From: Oikopleura dioica
Lineage: Eukaryota; Animalia; Chordata
Direction: 5' to 3'
Assembly (NCBI GenBank): GCA_907165135.1
Contig: OU015568.1
Coordinates: 12,958,001-13,022,000 of the forward strand
Length of the DNA stretch: 64,000 bases
The first letter of the stretch is position 1. Every line of letters begins with the position of its first letter. Under the pieces are notes generated by a model, which had not been told where the DNA came from, did no database searches, and worked only from the letters and a program-made list of their open reading frames with translations. This document shows positions 1-13,470 of this stretch, one piece after another. The position numbers and the translations under genes are program-made.

Positions 1-129
1 TCGCTTCTGCTGTGATAATCAAAGTATCACGAGGCAATAACCAATTTCGTAGCTAATAAGAAGGTTTTGACGAAGCTGCGGTCTCGTTGAATTTTTATTA
101 TTGCATCTGATCGCTTATTTTTACATGGA

Positions 130-683
130 ATAAAGGTGACGTCAATTAACCCGATAAAAGCGCGCTCATCGGTCAGGGATGCCATGCTTCCTGCGCGGCG
201 ATCCATCTTTGGCATGGACACGAGCAAACGCAAGCATATCTCAAGGTAGCCCAGACCATCCTCAAAGACGTATGAATAGCCAGAGAGTGTTAAGGATCTC
301 GATAACATGCACAAAGTCATCTTGGGAGCAAAATCGGAGGAGCATTTAAACAAGCTTGCTAAAAAGCTTGAAAACAACAACGTAGATTTCAAGGATTGTT
401 AATAATAACCGGTGTTTTATGAGTGAGATGATGTTGGTAGTACTGATTCATTAAATAATAATCCGCAATGAAGCTATGGATGGAACAGCCAGAAAACTAT
501 CCCACTGCGCTCGCCCTCAGGCCTTATCCTAAGGACGATGTCAAGAAGCTTTTCAAAGGTGCAGCTCGTCAAGTTCACATATTTCTTTAACTGAGGGTTT
601 GTTCAGGTTTCAATCTTTTGACTAAGCAAGACGAGCCGAAAAGCGTACCTGAAACAAAGAATGCAGAGCCTAATACAGAATAG
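130..683 (+). CDS. PTRHD1: Peptidyl-tRNA hydrolase domain-containing protein 1 (5' end unresolved, multi-exon)
   Basis: Spliced translation [57 protein letters not shown] matches PTH2-family PTRHD1 motifs; stop TAG 681-683. Confidence 0.8.
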
Positions 684-724
684 ACAATAATTTAGTTTAA
701 TTAATCGATTTTTCTTTGCTTAGA

Positions 725-2532
725 ATGGCAACGATCGAGGCCTCTGGTAGTACAGTCCGGAAGATTCTTCACAATCAGAATTTCGACCAGAGCACTTTCA
801 GAGGACTGAGGAAGAATATCTCATTATCAAAGCGACGGAAAACAAGAGAATCAGATGAAAACTCGAATTGTAAGCGAAAACGTCTTGTGGAAGACGATCT
901 CGATCCGAGGATCTTTCAAGAAGACTTCGATCTCGCATCTGACGAGGCAGAGCGATTATGTACTTATTTCAGGTAGGTGTAACAAAATTATTTATTTCTT
1001 TATTAAATGCTCTTAAATTTCAAATGGTTATATGGAAGACTTTAAGTTCTTACTTGATTGAACTTTATGGGGAGAGAGTTGAATAGGTTTATTATTTCGA
1101 GACTTAAAACTTTTATTGTATTTATGGCACGTATTTACGTCAATATCTAAACTTCAAAATATTATTATTATAACACGAAGTTGTAATAGACAATAAAACG
1201 GTTCTTCAGAAAAACACTTGAATCCTCGCCGAGTAAGTTCTCGCTGGAAAAAATTTGTACGTCTGCTAGTTTTCTGCGACTGACAGCAAACCTGAGGGAT
1301 CTAGCTCGCTCCGCCACATATGAGTTGCTCTGGAGTTTGGTGAATATTACAGCCGTCGCCCCAGAAGAACTCATTTCCCACCTTTTTTGTCAGCCGTCGA
1401 GACTTCTGGAAGACATAAAGTTCATACTTACAGCTTTGGTTTTATCTACGATTGTTAACCATTTTCAAGTGGAAAAAGATTTCATGCATAACAAACCATC
1501 ATGTCAGAAAGAGAGGAGAAATCGCTTCCTTTGCTCTGCCTTGCCTGCTGGATTTTGGGAAATCTAGCTAACAGTTCTGTTGGTATTCGAAACGCTCTTC
1601 TCCGAAGCAATGTTACGGAGCGCATTGTGAGTCTCCAAAAGTTCGATGAAATTGTTGACGAGCAATTTCTGGGCACACAGTCTTGGGCACTCGGTACGCT
1701 TCTGGGTCTTATGAGTATACTGCTTTATGAGTTATTCTTCCTAGGATGTCTATTACAAGGGAAAAATCCACCAGCATCACACAGCCAGGCGATACGGTCT
1801 CTCCCTCGTCTTCTCTTCCTCCTGGACACATGTAACGAAAAAATCAAACTTGACGTTCTCAAGGCTCTCACATCCTTCACAGAATTTTCTGGTTCGTCCT
1901 TCCATTATGAAAGTCTGTCTTAATCGTATCTTAGAGCGCTGCGATGCACTGGCCACTCCATATTTCATCGAAAAGATCATTTCATTTCTTGACCGTGATA
2001 ATTCCGAATTTCAACAGCTAGCTCTATTTATTAGCGGAAATTTGAATCATTAATTTATCTATTCAGTGTTTTTTATTATCTCGCGACGAACCCTTGTTTC
2101 CTGACACTCATTTTCGAAAACTGCTCCAAGTCTTCTTCAATTCAGGGCTTCGCCATTCGATCTCTGTGCAACATAATTCATAACGGTGACAAGTCCTTGG
2201 TTTTGCGTCTCGCTGGCGAGAACAATCTCTCTGAACCAATAATCGCAGCTCTTCATGTGCAAGATCAATCACTTTTGTCGACAGTTCTCTTGTCAACGAT
2301 GCGCCTCCACAATATCATCGATGCACATGACGAGGAGCATGCAGAGGACTTTGCACAATTTTTCGATGGTCAGTCAACAACACCTCTTAATCTCTCTGTT
2401 AACCAAAACCTTTCAGAATCAAATGGCTTTGATCAACTGGACTACCTAGCTAACAACTGCGAAAACGAGCGAAATGCTAGCGCCGCTGCCAGACTTTTGG
2501 AACGCCTCCAACAAAAAACGGGCTTTGAGTGA
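725..2532 (+). CDS. Divergent importin-alpha-like ARM-repeat protein
   Basis: Basic N-terminus resembling an IBB domain, then ARM-like segments ACWILGNLA and QSWALGTLL..QGKNPPASHSQAIRSLPRLLFLL; ATG follows TTAGA. Confidence 0.6.
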
Positions 2533-2722
2533 ATCACTTCAAATTTACGTTTATCCCACTTTTAGAAAAATCCGCTTTTCAGTTATCCTGCCTTTTTAGA
2601 GTTCCATTTTCTTTCTGAAATTGTCTAAAAAACTCAATTGTGAAGTCACATGATAGTTATCATTAATAATTTTATTATAATAAATCATTTGGTGCAGCAA
2701 AGAAAACATCCACCACTTTTAG

Positions 2723-4861
2723 ATGTCCGAAGATGTCCTGTTATCCGACTCGGAGTCATTTCATTCGGGCGTGAGTGAAAAAGACTTCAAGGAAAATTAC
2801 AGGCTTCACTATCTCGTCTGGTGCAATGACTATGACGACGTGGCAAAGTACATCCGAGGCTCTTCTTTCGACATGTTCGAATTCGAAAGAGTGGATCAGC
2901 GAGGCCGCACGCCGCTGCACATTGCTATCTCCCTAGGACATTTTGAAATTGCGAGATTATTACTTTCATCTGGTGATTCTAGCTGACCCTATCGGACATT
3001 AATAACTGATTTAGGTGCAAATCCGACTTCGAAAAATGCAGGAGGCTGGTCCGCCTTGCACGAAGCAACGTCAATCGGCGACCCTGAGTTGGTTATTGAA
3101 ATTCTCGTCAATCGCGCCAGTTTTCGAAAAATCAACGAGCTCCAGGGACGCAGCGCGTTTTTGAAGCACTTCTTCAGCATGCCCGATCTTTACCTGGAGA
3201 TGAAGTGGGAGATCACGAGCATGATCCCGCTCGTTGGTCGTTTTTGTCCATCGGATACGATGAAAATTTGGAAGAAAGGAGCAAACATTCGAGCCGACTT
3301 TCACCTTGTCGGAATGGAGAAAATGTCCTTCAAAAAAGGATTCAAGAGTATCCTTTTCAAACTAAACGAAAAGTCAAAAGTTCCAAGCGGAGACATTGTA
3401 GAAGTCGACCACGTGGAGAAAACAGCTTCTTTCGAAAGCTGGTCCGCAGAGGAAGGATCAGTAAATACTGATAGGTTTCTAGATGCAAAAAATTCAAAGA
3501 AATACTCTTTTTTTAGAGTTACTCCTTTGAATCCACGATTCGTCAGTCTCACCACGGCCCAGCGACTCCGCTTGGAAAAGGCAGTTCAACACAGACTCAC
3601 GAATCCGATCAAACTTTCGTCAGTAGATCCCCACAAAATCAAAATAGAACATGCTAAGAGTGGAATATGGGTAAACCCATCGGAATAGAAAGCCAAACTA
3701 TCTTTTATTGTAGGGATTTCAATCAGATAAAAAAGAACAAGTCTCTGGATACGACTGCGATGTTTACAGTATAAATGGAGTAGAACTTCTTCAGAGGACG
3801 AGGACAGAACACTGCGAAGAGAATCAAAAGACCGATGGGACAGCTTTAAAACGCTCCTCAAGCAACAGCTCTGGGGTTGAAACCTTCGGACAAATCCTAG
3901 GTGTCGATAAGGGAACGAAACTAACAGACACAACTACTAGTTCTTTCCAGCAAGCGTATAATCCAGGTTAGTTGATAATTCAATACGAGACGGGTAAAAC
4001 AGAATTCAAGACGGACTAACTCCAGAAGAATACTTTAATCCGACTCCGGAAACAGAGAATAAAGATATCGGTCGTCCGAAAATTATGAAAGAAAAGCGTC
4101 AATCCTTCAAAGGCTCTGCCTGGATCACGGAAAACAGTCCGATCTCTCTGGTCGATGAGCTCATTCCCATATTAGGTAAGCGAGACTTTCTCCCACGGTC
4201 AAGTATACTTTGCCCTCGAGCGCGTGTGACTCATCTAACAAGAAATATTAAGATATTCTTTGTAATTTCAATGATATTCCTTGGTTTGAGTCGCTGAGAG
4301 AGATGCTCAAACTTATTCCGAAAGGATTTCCTTGCAGGCTGGACGTTCCACTTTTTTATGTTTTTACAGCGAGAGTCACTTTCCAGAACATTAATGGAGA
4401 AGGCGAATTCTGCCAAAAAGGTAAAATGGCTCATCCTGTAACTGAGCAATAAATGGTCAGCGTTAAAACTTCCGTAGACGCCGATGGAAAACTAAAAATC
4501 GACGACAAAGTATTCCGCATTCCCGGCGAATACCAACAAGAGCATCGAAGTCTTCACGAAACCGTGGCTGAGCACAGGCGCAACCGCCGAGAAACTAACT
4601 TTGAGGATCCTGAGCTGAATGCTGCCATCGAAGAAAGTCTCAAAGAGCTGGGCGTGGCGAATGATCCTGCAACGAGAAGACAGATAATGGAAAGTCAGCG
4701 ACAAGGTAAAAAAGTAGAAAACACGTGGAAACACAAAAGTCAAAAGTGATCGTATCTTATATAATCTCATACTCTCTGATTCAGCTCAACATGATCTTAA
4801 CATGCGAATGGACGAGGACGAGGCACTCCAAGAAGCGATCAAGCGTTCGCTTAACTGCTGA
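2723..4861 (+). CDS. ANKRD13: Ankyrin repeat domain 13 family protein with C-terminal UIMs
   Basis: DQRGRTPLHIAISLG and GWSALHEA ankyrins; DLYLEMKWEITSMIPLVGRFCPSDTMKIWKKG family motif; UIMs EDPELNAAIEESLKE and DEDEALQEAIKRSL. Confidence 0.85.
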
Positions 4862-5199
4862 CGAATCAACTGTGTCATACGTTCCAAATTCCTATCTTCT
4901 CCTCAAGCTCTTCACCATTCTACCTGTATGCTTCAAAATTCTTTTACTTTTTCCTTTTATTCATGATTCAATATCCTGCGTTTGCTATACTTTGATTTAA
5001 AATGTCGTGTTACTTCCAAACAAACACATTCTTTCTTAAGAAAAAGTTTCTTCTTTCGAGGCGCTATTCTATTCCAATCAATCATGTTGGAGTCTTTTAG
5101 CACTATTCTTTCTATCGTAATCGGAGCATTTATCTGTGCAATAAAAAATAATTTAAAGCCTTTCAAAAATAATGATTTTAAAACTTTGTTTCAGTCAGA

Positions 5200-5532
5200 A
5201 TGGGTCAGGTGTACACGCAGATGCGCGGGGACAATCTCGGCTTCCCGGGACTCCCGTCGTCGACTACTTTCGGCTCCCATGGAGACCAGAAGGTTGTAAA
5301 GAATTATTTCTCCCACTCTTATGAAACAAAAATATTCAGGGTATTTGGGAGGCTGATCAAGCTGACAAGAATATGTTCGGCCGAACGAACAACATCCTCG
5401 CCGGATACTTGAACAAGGCAGTTCTCGCCCTCCCAGACATTCCAATGCTCGAGGGGTGCCGTAAAGCAGCATTGGACCGTCAAGTCGCTGTTAGTATTCT
5501 TTTTAGATTCGTCGCACCTTTTCCATAAACTA
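5200..5532 (+). CDS. Small unknown protein (MGQVYTQMRG...), 3' end uncertain
   Basis: ATG after TTTCAG; in-frame GT-AG intron joins GDQK to GIWEADQADKNMFGRTNNILAGYL; no family recognised. Confidence 0.35.
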
Positions 5533-5689
5533 GAGGATTGTCTCAGTGCCATAAATCCTATCCGTAAGGTCTAGGAAAACGGATTCCACCGTGACCCCGA
5601 CTATTTTTTCCGACAAAATCCTACTCGTTAAGAGACATACTTGCAGTATTTTTAACCAGGGATAAAAATATTTCGGTGGCCTCTTTCAG

Positions 5690-6228
5690 GGAGGGTTGCA
5701 ATTAGTCTGGTCCTCCAGACCAGAATTCGACCATAATCTGAATTCTGGTCCCCGGGCCCAGAATTCGCTTTTTAACCCCAATTCTGGTCCCAATTATTAT
5801 TATTCACTCCTTGATACGAATTTAACCAGTAATTTATTTCAATTCTAGTCTTTGCTTAAATCAAGGTTAGTGTTAGGGGGCACTGGGCAAAATGACGGAA
5901 CAAACTCACCCGAGGGGTTACTGAAGGTAACCCTAACTAACCCTAGACTAGACCCCGGCATTTTAGGACCTAAGGGGCGAAGCCCCGTGGTAAGGGACAC
6001 GGGGAGTAGACAAAATTCTTCTGATATCATACAGATGATTGTCAACTGGAGTTTGTCAGAGTCTCAAGGAATTTTCTCTCGACTTTTGAGTTCTTTTGTG
6101 GCTCGACCGTTGACTTTCTGGCCATTTGGACCAGAATTCGAGTTGAGAAGGGAATTCTGGTCCCGGGTGCCAGAATTCAGATTTTGGTCGAATTCTGGTC
6201 CGAGGGACCAGACTAATTGCATACTTCC
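5690..6228. mobile_element. Non-autonomous DNA transposon (MITE) with ~100-bp TIRs, MULE- or hAT-like
   Basis: GGAGGGTTGCAATTAGTCTGGTCC.. at the left end matches the reverse complement of the right end; direct repeat TCTTTCAG at 5682-5689 and 6229-6236 (extendable to 10 bp, CCTCTTTCAG). Confidence 0.9.
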
Positions 6229-6247
6229 TCTTTCAGTTCAAAATATC

Positions 6248-6732
6248 ATGCACACTGTAGCTCGTAGAAGAATTATCTTGCTTCGAACTGAATATCTTAA
6301 TATTACATCGTCTTCCAAATTTCGGATTTTAGGCCCGAGCTCAATACAAAACTTTCCCGATCTTTGGCCACGAGGCTTTCGATGCTCACCACCATGTGAA
6401 CTACACTGCTCGACGAGCAAACATTTTCCGTCACGAACAGCCTATCTGGGCGATGGAGCACTTTGGCATGGATCGCATCCGATTTTCCCAGGTGTGTTAA
6501 AATCATCAACTCGTCAGAAAGCAATTTCAATTTACGTCTTTCCCCGCCCAATTTCATTCGACCTAATCATCATGATATTATTTAGCCGGAAGAACTCAAT
6601 CCAGCCGTACGAAACCCGTCATCAGGATTTTTCTTCGGTAAATCTGTTGCCTACCCAAGCTCGAAAAACGACACTTACATCGACTTTGACACCAGAAACT
6701 GGGGCAAGTCTGGCATCCGAGTTCAAAAGTAA
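6248..6732 (+). CDS. Small unknown protein with Arg-rich, mitochondrial-targeting-like N-terminus (~115 aa)
   Basis: Three exons give MHTVARRRIILLRT-ARAQYKTFPIFGHEAF..RFSQ-PEELNPAVRNPSSGFFFG..RVQK*; first intron needs a GA donor. Confidence 0.45.
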
Positions 6733-6869
6733 AATCAAACATAGATTAAATTTCTGTTCATCTTATTTATTCGACTTTACAATAAATAAAAAAGTCCCGA
6801 GAATATATCGCTTAGATTGATTTAAATTTGTGCAGATATATGCTTTATACAGTTTGTAAAGCACCATCG

Positions 6870-7551
6870 TTAGGGTTTTCTTCGAAGTAAACTGCCATTT
6901 GAGGAATCGAGCATTTGCAGAAGCAGCAACCAAGTATTACACTCAACCAGGTGTTATTGAATCCTCTCATTCTGTCGAAAATCAATCGCATTTTAACTCG
7001 TTGATAGACCCAAACCAAGCTAAAGCGAATGTAAAATTACATTTTTTCAAACAAAGAAAAAGTACCATAAACTGACGAAAATGCCAAACCCAACCAAGAG
7101 TCCATTCGCCATTCTTATAACAGCTTCTTCCTCCTCTGTCGGTTCCCCAAAATCACCTTCATGTTTGACAAACTCAATGAGATCTTTTTCAACTTCAACT
7201 CCTGGCTCAAACATGAGCTTGTGCCCGCTCTCTGGCATTACAGTTTCTTCGTAATTTGTAGAGGAAATGCTCAAGGCCTGTAATTTCTAAAAAAATTGAC
7301 ACTGAACCAGCAATTGATTTTTTTGTATATACCTGCAAAAAATTATCAGCGACGTTGTTTAAAATAAGCCTGAAAATCAACAAGCTAACTCCGAAAACCA
7401 AAAATCGCCAAACAGCAAGTTTCATTCCCAATTTTTTGCCAACAACAAAAGCAGTGTACGGTTCGCAGAAGAAGCATCCTAGCCAGAACCAAAGACAGTA
7501 GCGAGCTCTGCATTCAACGATTCTCTCGAGTTGTCCACTTTGAATTCCCAT
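6870..7551 (-). CDS. Unknown membrane protein with two Cys-rich PLAC8-like motifs
   Basis: Hydrophobic segments plus WLGCFFCEPY and ILGCCFCKCSIPQ; GT-AG introns keep frame. Confidence 0.4.
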
Positions 7552-7957
7552 TTTTTAGATTTCCGGTTTTTCTCTCAGTCTTGTTTTTTGGAGATGTTCG
7601 CTGAGAGACCTGCCCCGGGCAAAGCTGGTTTTGGAGCACTCTCTCGTAAATGTTTCGCCTTTCTCTCTCAATTATTGAACAAGGGACTCGAGGAGTCAGT
7701 TGTGTACTGTGTTATGTTTGATCTTTTTGTCTTTGCAAATGGAGGGTGGCCTCTTGGTCCAACTCAGTCGATGATTCATCGCGCTATTTCGATTCAAAGA
7801 TTGTCAATTTTTATGATCGCTGCCGGAGGGAGGGTTGAACAGACTTTCTGATCATAAATGTCACCGACGATAATTGCTGGTATTTTATTATAACAAGGTG
7901 TTACTTACAACTTTGCCCCTATTTACAGTGCCTTCTCTTTCCATTTAGGCGTTTAGA

Positions 7958-8399
7958 ATGGTCGGAATTGGCCGTGCATGCGGTCTCCTCGCTGGGAGAA
8001 GAGAACTGGCGATAAATGTTAGAATTCTAGCCCGAGGAAATCAGGGCAAGGAACGAATTGATAAAAGCAAATTGGATAAATGGGGCAGAATCACGCCGGA
8101 GTTCAAGGATCCTTACGAAGCCCATTTTTACAAACTCCATGGGAGAGGGGTCATTTCTTTTCTAAGAGGTCTTTTCCCGAGATTAGCCAGAAGGTGAGCC
8201 CTAAAATAGAAAGACACCAGATGAAGTGAAGCAGCAGCAGCTGTCCGATCCTGACTACGCGAAAAGGCGAAAGTTTTTAGGTATCGTCGCCGCTTGTTTC
8301 ATTTCTGTTCTATTTTTCGGCACCGTGGCTTTGCGCAAGTTCCTATTTCCAAAACCTGATACAGATAGTCCTAATCCAAACGGTGGTTATTTCTTTTAA
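7958..8399 (+). CDS. Unknown single-pass protein, mitochondrial-like presequence
   Basis: ATG after TTTAGA; Arg-rich N-terminus; last exon with TM FLGIVAACFISVLFFGTVAL. Confidence 0.45.
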
Positions 8400-8683
8400 C
8401 AGCTAATCTATTTCTTGATTATATAATCCCTTATTACCCCAATTCTATTCGGAGAAAAAAAAAAATTTCAAGGAAACTACCGACTTATGTTCAGAAAAAG
8501 TGGTTGATTCTTTATTGGCGGAGCGTTCGACTTTCCCACTCCACTCCGCCCGGCGGGAAAGAGCAAACTTGTGAAAAGAAACAGAGAAAATCGCCCGAAT
8601 TCGTCACACTGAAAACAAAATACCCTCCAAAATGCCTCGATAATTGGTCATAAAAGTAACACAGAAGAGAAGCACTTATTGAA

Positions 8684-11401
8684 ATGTCAGAGACGACCGA
8701 ATCCGAAGAAATTCCAGTCTTTACTGATGGAAGTCCAGATTTGATAGAAAAACTTGATGACTTAAAAAGCCTTGGCGAGCTGAAAATTGAAACTCCTGAG
8801 CCGCAGAAATCGGTGGAAAATGAAGTCGAATCATCAGAAAACCCAATTGAACCGGAAGTTGCCGAAATTGCGAGGCAGGAAAGTTTGAAGGATGAAGCAG
8901 CGAGTACGACTGGCAGCGAATCTAATTTAGTCCAAAGTCACAGGTAAACAATCATCTTTTTTCTAGGTTATTTTTAATATTTGACAGTTTTATTTTTGAC
9001 AAATTAGTTTTTTCTTTGTTCGAAATGAGTGATGTTTTTGGTAGGTCCTCGCTACCTTCTCTTTCTGGGATTCTTTCAACTTTCTCCGGTCGCGGTGATT
9101 TCTGGTCGACATCGTCGACTTCGCCTCAAGTTGAAAAGTCTGATGGACCAGATTATCTTGGACAGCGTAGAAATCTTTCCCTTGTTGCAAAAGTAAGTTT
9201 TTTTTTACAGAAATATATAAAATGAATATCTTTGCCAATTCTGTTGGTTGCCAGAGTGTCATCATTATGTCGATTTAGAACAAGAAAATCCGAGCTCATC
9301 CTCTTCATTACTATTTGCTTTAGATTGCTACTCGTGCGTTAATTGACCCCTGTCTGGAAAAGTCGATTATCATCGAGGAAAATTACCCGCCATTAGTCCA
9401 ATTTTTAACGGTTTTGGAACAAGTATTACTTCATGGCTGGAAGCAGAAGATCTCGATGTTCAATAGAAATAAATCATTCTGGGCAGCTTTTGACCACAAA
9501 GAAATGGAATCAGCTGTTCCAGAGCTCAAGGTAGAGGGGGTTCATTTAAACGTTATTCCATTTCGTTTCAGGATACGAATAAAACCGTCAAAGACTTGCC
9601 GGGAATCAAGACTGGCCTCGGACGAGCACGAGCTTTTCTCCGTCTTGCATTGATGCAGAAGAAGCTTCCAGACTATCTCGATGCTCTCCAGGCGAGCGAC
9701 TCAAGCTTTCGTGCGGATTTCTGGGAAGATTGGGCTCTTCTAAGGCACGACGAAGCGCCGGAGATCTTCGGTCATATGCAGGGACTGTCAATCGTCGAAG
9801 CCAATTTGGACCTGAAGGGCGTCAATTTAGATGGACAAGTTGGCGTGATTGACTTCTCTCTCGTTGCCGCTGTTACTGATGCAAGTTCAAATGCGAATAC
9901 CAATCAATTAGAGAAAGAAAACAAAAGACTTTTGGACCAAAAGTCATTCCTTGAAGAGCGCAACAGACAATTAGAAGACCGGCTCAAGCTGCGATCGGAT
10001 AAATTGGACGTCACCGATGAGACGAAAAACAATCTTGAAAGCGAGCTAAAAGCTGCGAAAATAACAATTTCTAACCTTCAAGTATGTACTTCTTTACTCT
10101 ATTCTTTCCCATAGTCCGTCTTTAGGAAGAATTAGCTTCTGTCAAACTTGGTGCTGAATCAGATTCGAAAGCTTTGAATGAAAGTTTTGCCGTTCAAAAA
10201 AGCGGATTCAAGGCAAAAACAGAAGAGCTAAGTGGCGAAATCGACGATTTCAAGAAGAGATATTCAGTTCTTGAAAACCAAATGAAACTGGAGACGCAAG
10301 AACGACTCGAACTTGAGAAGATGCTTGAAAACGAAATAAAAAACAAGCAACAGCTAGAGTTGGGCATTCGTATGCTGGAACGAGACGCTTACGAAAAGCA
10401 AGGTAAACTATTACTAAAGAAGTTGTGTAGGGAACAAATTTGTAGATACTCTTGAGCAATTGCAAAAACAGCTCGAGGATACTCGTTCTATCAACCAGCG
10501 ATTGTTTGACGAAGTTCGCGAGAAAAACGACAAAGAACGGGAGCGTCTTCGCAAACTTGAAGAGTCAAAGGCAGCCATTTCCGCTCTAAGATCAGAAAAC
10601 GAAAACATTTTTACTGAACACGAGAAGCTGAAGATCCAGGTAAACTCATTCACTGCTCTAAAATATATTATCTTTTACAAAGGAAGCTGATGCGTCTGAC
10701 ATGAAACTTCGACTTGAGTCTGAAATCGACGATATGATAGTTCAACTTCTAAAATACGAATCAGATCTAAATCAAGAAACTGACCGACGGAAGATCGCTG
10801 AAAACGAAGCTAAAGCTGCTAAAATGGTGGCAGAGAATCTGTTGAAGGAATCCCAAAAGTTTATAACGCGTGGACTAAGTTGATTCTTTCTTTTTTATTA
10901 TTATTGAGTTCGAAATAAAGTCTCGTTTATTTAATTTTGTCTATTGAAAACATCTGTTGATTCCTGCAAAGAAAACCGAGCACGAAGGCTCCAAAAAGCT
11001 TGTCGCTAGTCTTGAAGCTGAGTTAGCAGAACTCAAGGCAACAGTTGGAGATCTTGAGTCAGCCCTGGGTGATATGGCGTCGCAGTTGGAAAATGCCCAG
11101 CTCGATCGCGACGATATGAAGGATCTGCATGAGAGTTTGACGGGTCACAGCTGGGTCGATGAAAAAACTGTCAAGACTTGTGCAAAGTGCACGAGAGATT
11201 TCACGATAAAGAGGCGCAAAGTTGGTTGAAAGTTTCAATTCCGTAGCTAAATTTTCTTTAAAGCATCACTGCAGGAACTGTGGAAACGTCTACTGTGGCT
11301 CATGTTCGTCTAATTCAATGCCGCTTGCTTCTAACCCAAAGCCTGTGCGGGTTTGTGACAACTGTCACACATTACTTCTAGCTCGTTTGAGTTCAACTTG
11401 A
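8684..11401 (+). CDS. RUFY1/2: RUN and FYVE domain protein
   Basis: RUN domain ([27 protein letters not shown]), long coiled coil, [37 protein letters not shown]. Confidence 0.9.
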
Positions 11402-11614
11402 TGCTCCATCAATGTTTCAACCTTATTCTCATCATTCACTTTTCCGCATTTTCTTCTTCATTCTGTAAAACGTAAAAAAACCTATTGATCACCAATTTTT
11501 ACCTCCGAAATTCGAAAAGAAAAACAGTATCGTTCCTAAAGAGTTTTTCTCCTTTCAAGAATTTTTCATGCTCTTCATTATTCAAAAATGCTTTATTGAT
11601 TGAAAACTATCAGA

Positions 11615-13433
11615 ATGACGGACGCGTTGTCTTTGATTAGAGAGTACACTCTTCAAAAGAAGGAGATCGAAACCAAAGATGGACTGGTTTATTTAGGTGA
11701 TTTCGTCTGGGACGTCAAGGTCTGTAATAAATTTATGTGAAAATAAGTATCATTTCTGTTAATAAGGCGAAGACAAACTATACCATTTGGGGTTCCGGTC
11801 GTGATGGACAGGCCAAAGAGTACTACACAATCGAGGCGATCCTGTTTTTCCTCGAGAACATCGAGCTGACCCACCCTCAGTACATCAAGGCAGCTATTGA
11901 AAAGTTCGGTAGCAATGATAAAAACGTCTCCCGTCCTGACAGAAAGGACTTACTGGCATTTCTGCAGGGACAAGCTCCCACGAGCATGTCAATCGACAGA
12001 AATGCCCAAGTCGAGCTGGGACGACCGAGGCCACGATCGGATTTGGGCAGGAATCAAGAGCCGATGGATATTGACTTTGATACCTCCAAAGTGGAGCCAT
12101 CAGAACGACTAAGAAATATTCTTGACAAGGTACTCTTCCTTACCATTTGTGCTCTTCAAGCCGATTACTAGCGATCTGGTCTTGTGATTACAAAAGATGA
12201 CATGCTCGATGGATCTGAATTGCCGTCGAAGACTATCGCAGAAATCAAGACCAAGATTCAAATCAACAAGCGAGGACGAATAACTGATACAGACGTCATT
12301 TCAGCTGGTCGAACTACTGAAATAAACACCAATAACTTTGAACGAGTCTGGCGGACACGAGAGTCTATTCTTCAATGTAATTTAACGTAGAACTTACTGG
12401 CAATAACCCATTTCAGCTCAAGCAACAAATTTCAAGATCGTGCTCAATTACCTCGAAGTCATAAAGAAGAAAGAAGCAGGCGTCTATCCTTCTAAGAATG
12501 AAGGCATGATTCCAAACAAAAACAAGCCAAAAACAGAAGAGCTCTACTCTCGTTACGATCAAAGTCGACAAGATAACACCGGTAGTTTCCAGATTGATAC
12601 CCTCGGTTCTAACACTGCCAATACTTTGTCATCTCTCGTCTCTGGTACAAAAAGGTCGATCGGTTATAATTGCTTCTTCCTCATATTTGTCTTAGACCTC
12701 ACAAAAAAGAAGAGCCCACAATTTTGGCTTCGCCCGCCGCTCAATCGCCACCTGCAAAGAAAAAGTCGAGAACTCCAATTATAATCGTTCCTGCCGCTTC
12801 TCAATCCATCATCACTCTCGCTAACGCTAGGAACTTGCTCGAGGGGTACAAATATGTCAGCCATGATGTAGTTATATTTCGACCATTCTCCTTTAAAAGA
12901 TTTTTAGGCTGCTAAAAGAGCACAAAGTAGAATTGATAGCGAAGTGCTCGTTCAATACAAAGGAGGCGGACGCACTATCCCATTCAAAATTATCAATAAT
13001 GTTTCAAAGGTTTGATGGGCGTTTATGTTTAAAAATTAACCATTTGATAGTTGAACAGTGAAGACTGGGAAAGAGTCGTCGCTGTTTTTGTTCACGGACC
13101 GGCATGGCAGTTCAAAGGATGGCCGATCATGGAGAACAATGATCCGAATTCCATTTTCCAGAAAGTCCTTGTAAGAAAGCTTATTTAGATCAAGCGCTTC
13201 AATAATTAAGGCCTTCCACTTGAAATGGACGAACAAACCGGTCGAAGGCAATGTACGAAAGTGGAGTTGTAACATTGTCGAACTCGACGCCATTAAACGG
13301 CACGCGGACTCGCAACGATTCCGACAACTTTGGCAAAAGATCGAATCCTACTGCAAACGGGTGTGTATTTGCTTTTCTATGTTTATTCTTACGTTATAAA
13401 TTCAAGGATCGACCCAATCTGCGAATCTTCTGA
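11615..13433 (+). CDS. CDC73: Parafibromin (Paf1 complex)
   Basis: [20 protein letters not shown]-terminus; [17 protein letters not shown] and [22 protein letters not shown]-terminal domain. Confidence 0.95.
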
Positions 13434-13470
13434 ACATATACTATTAACTTGCTCCTGCCGCAACTCAAAC

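Noticed and set aside
5864-5946. True telomeric or interstitial telomere array
   Set aside because: Only two to three degenerate units, contained within a MITE
5852-6820. 322-aa ORF as a transposase
   Set aside because: Starts inside the MITE, runs through its TIR into another frame of the downstream gene, and shows no DDE or DNA-binding motifs
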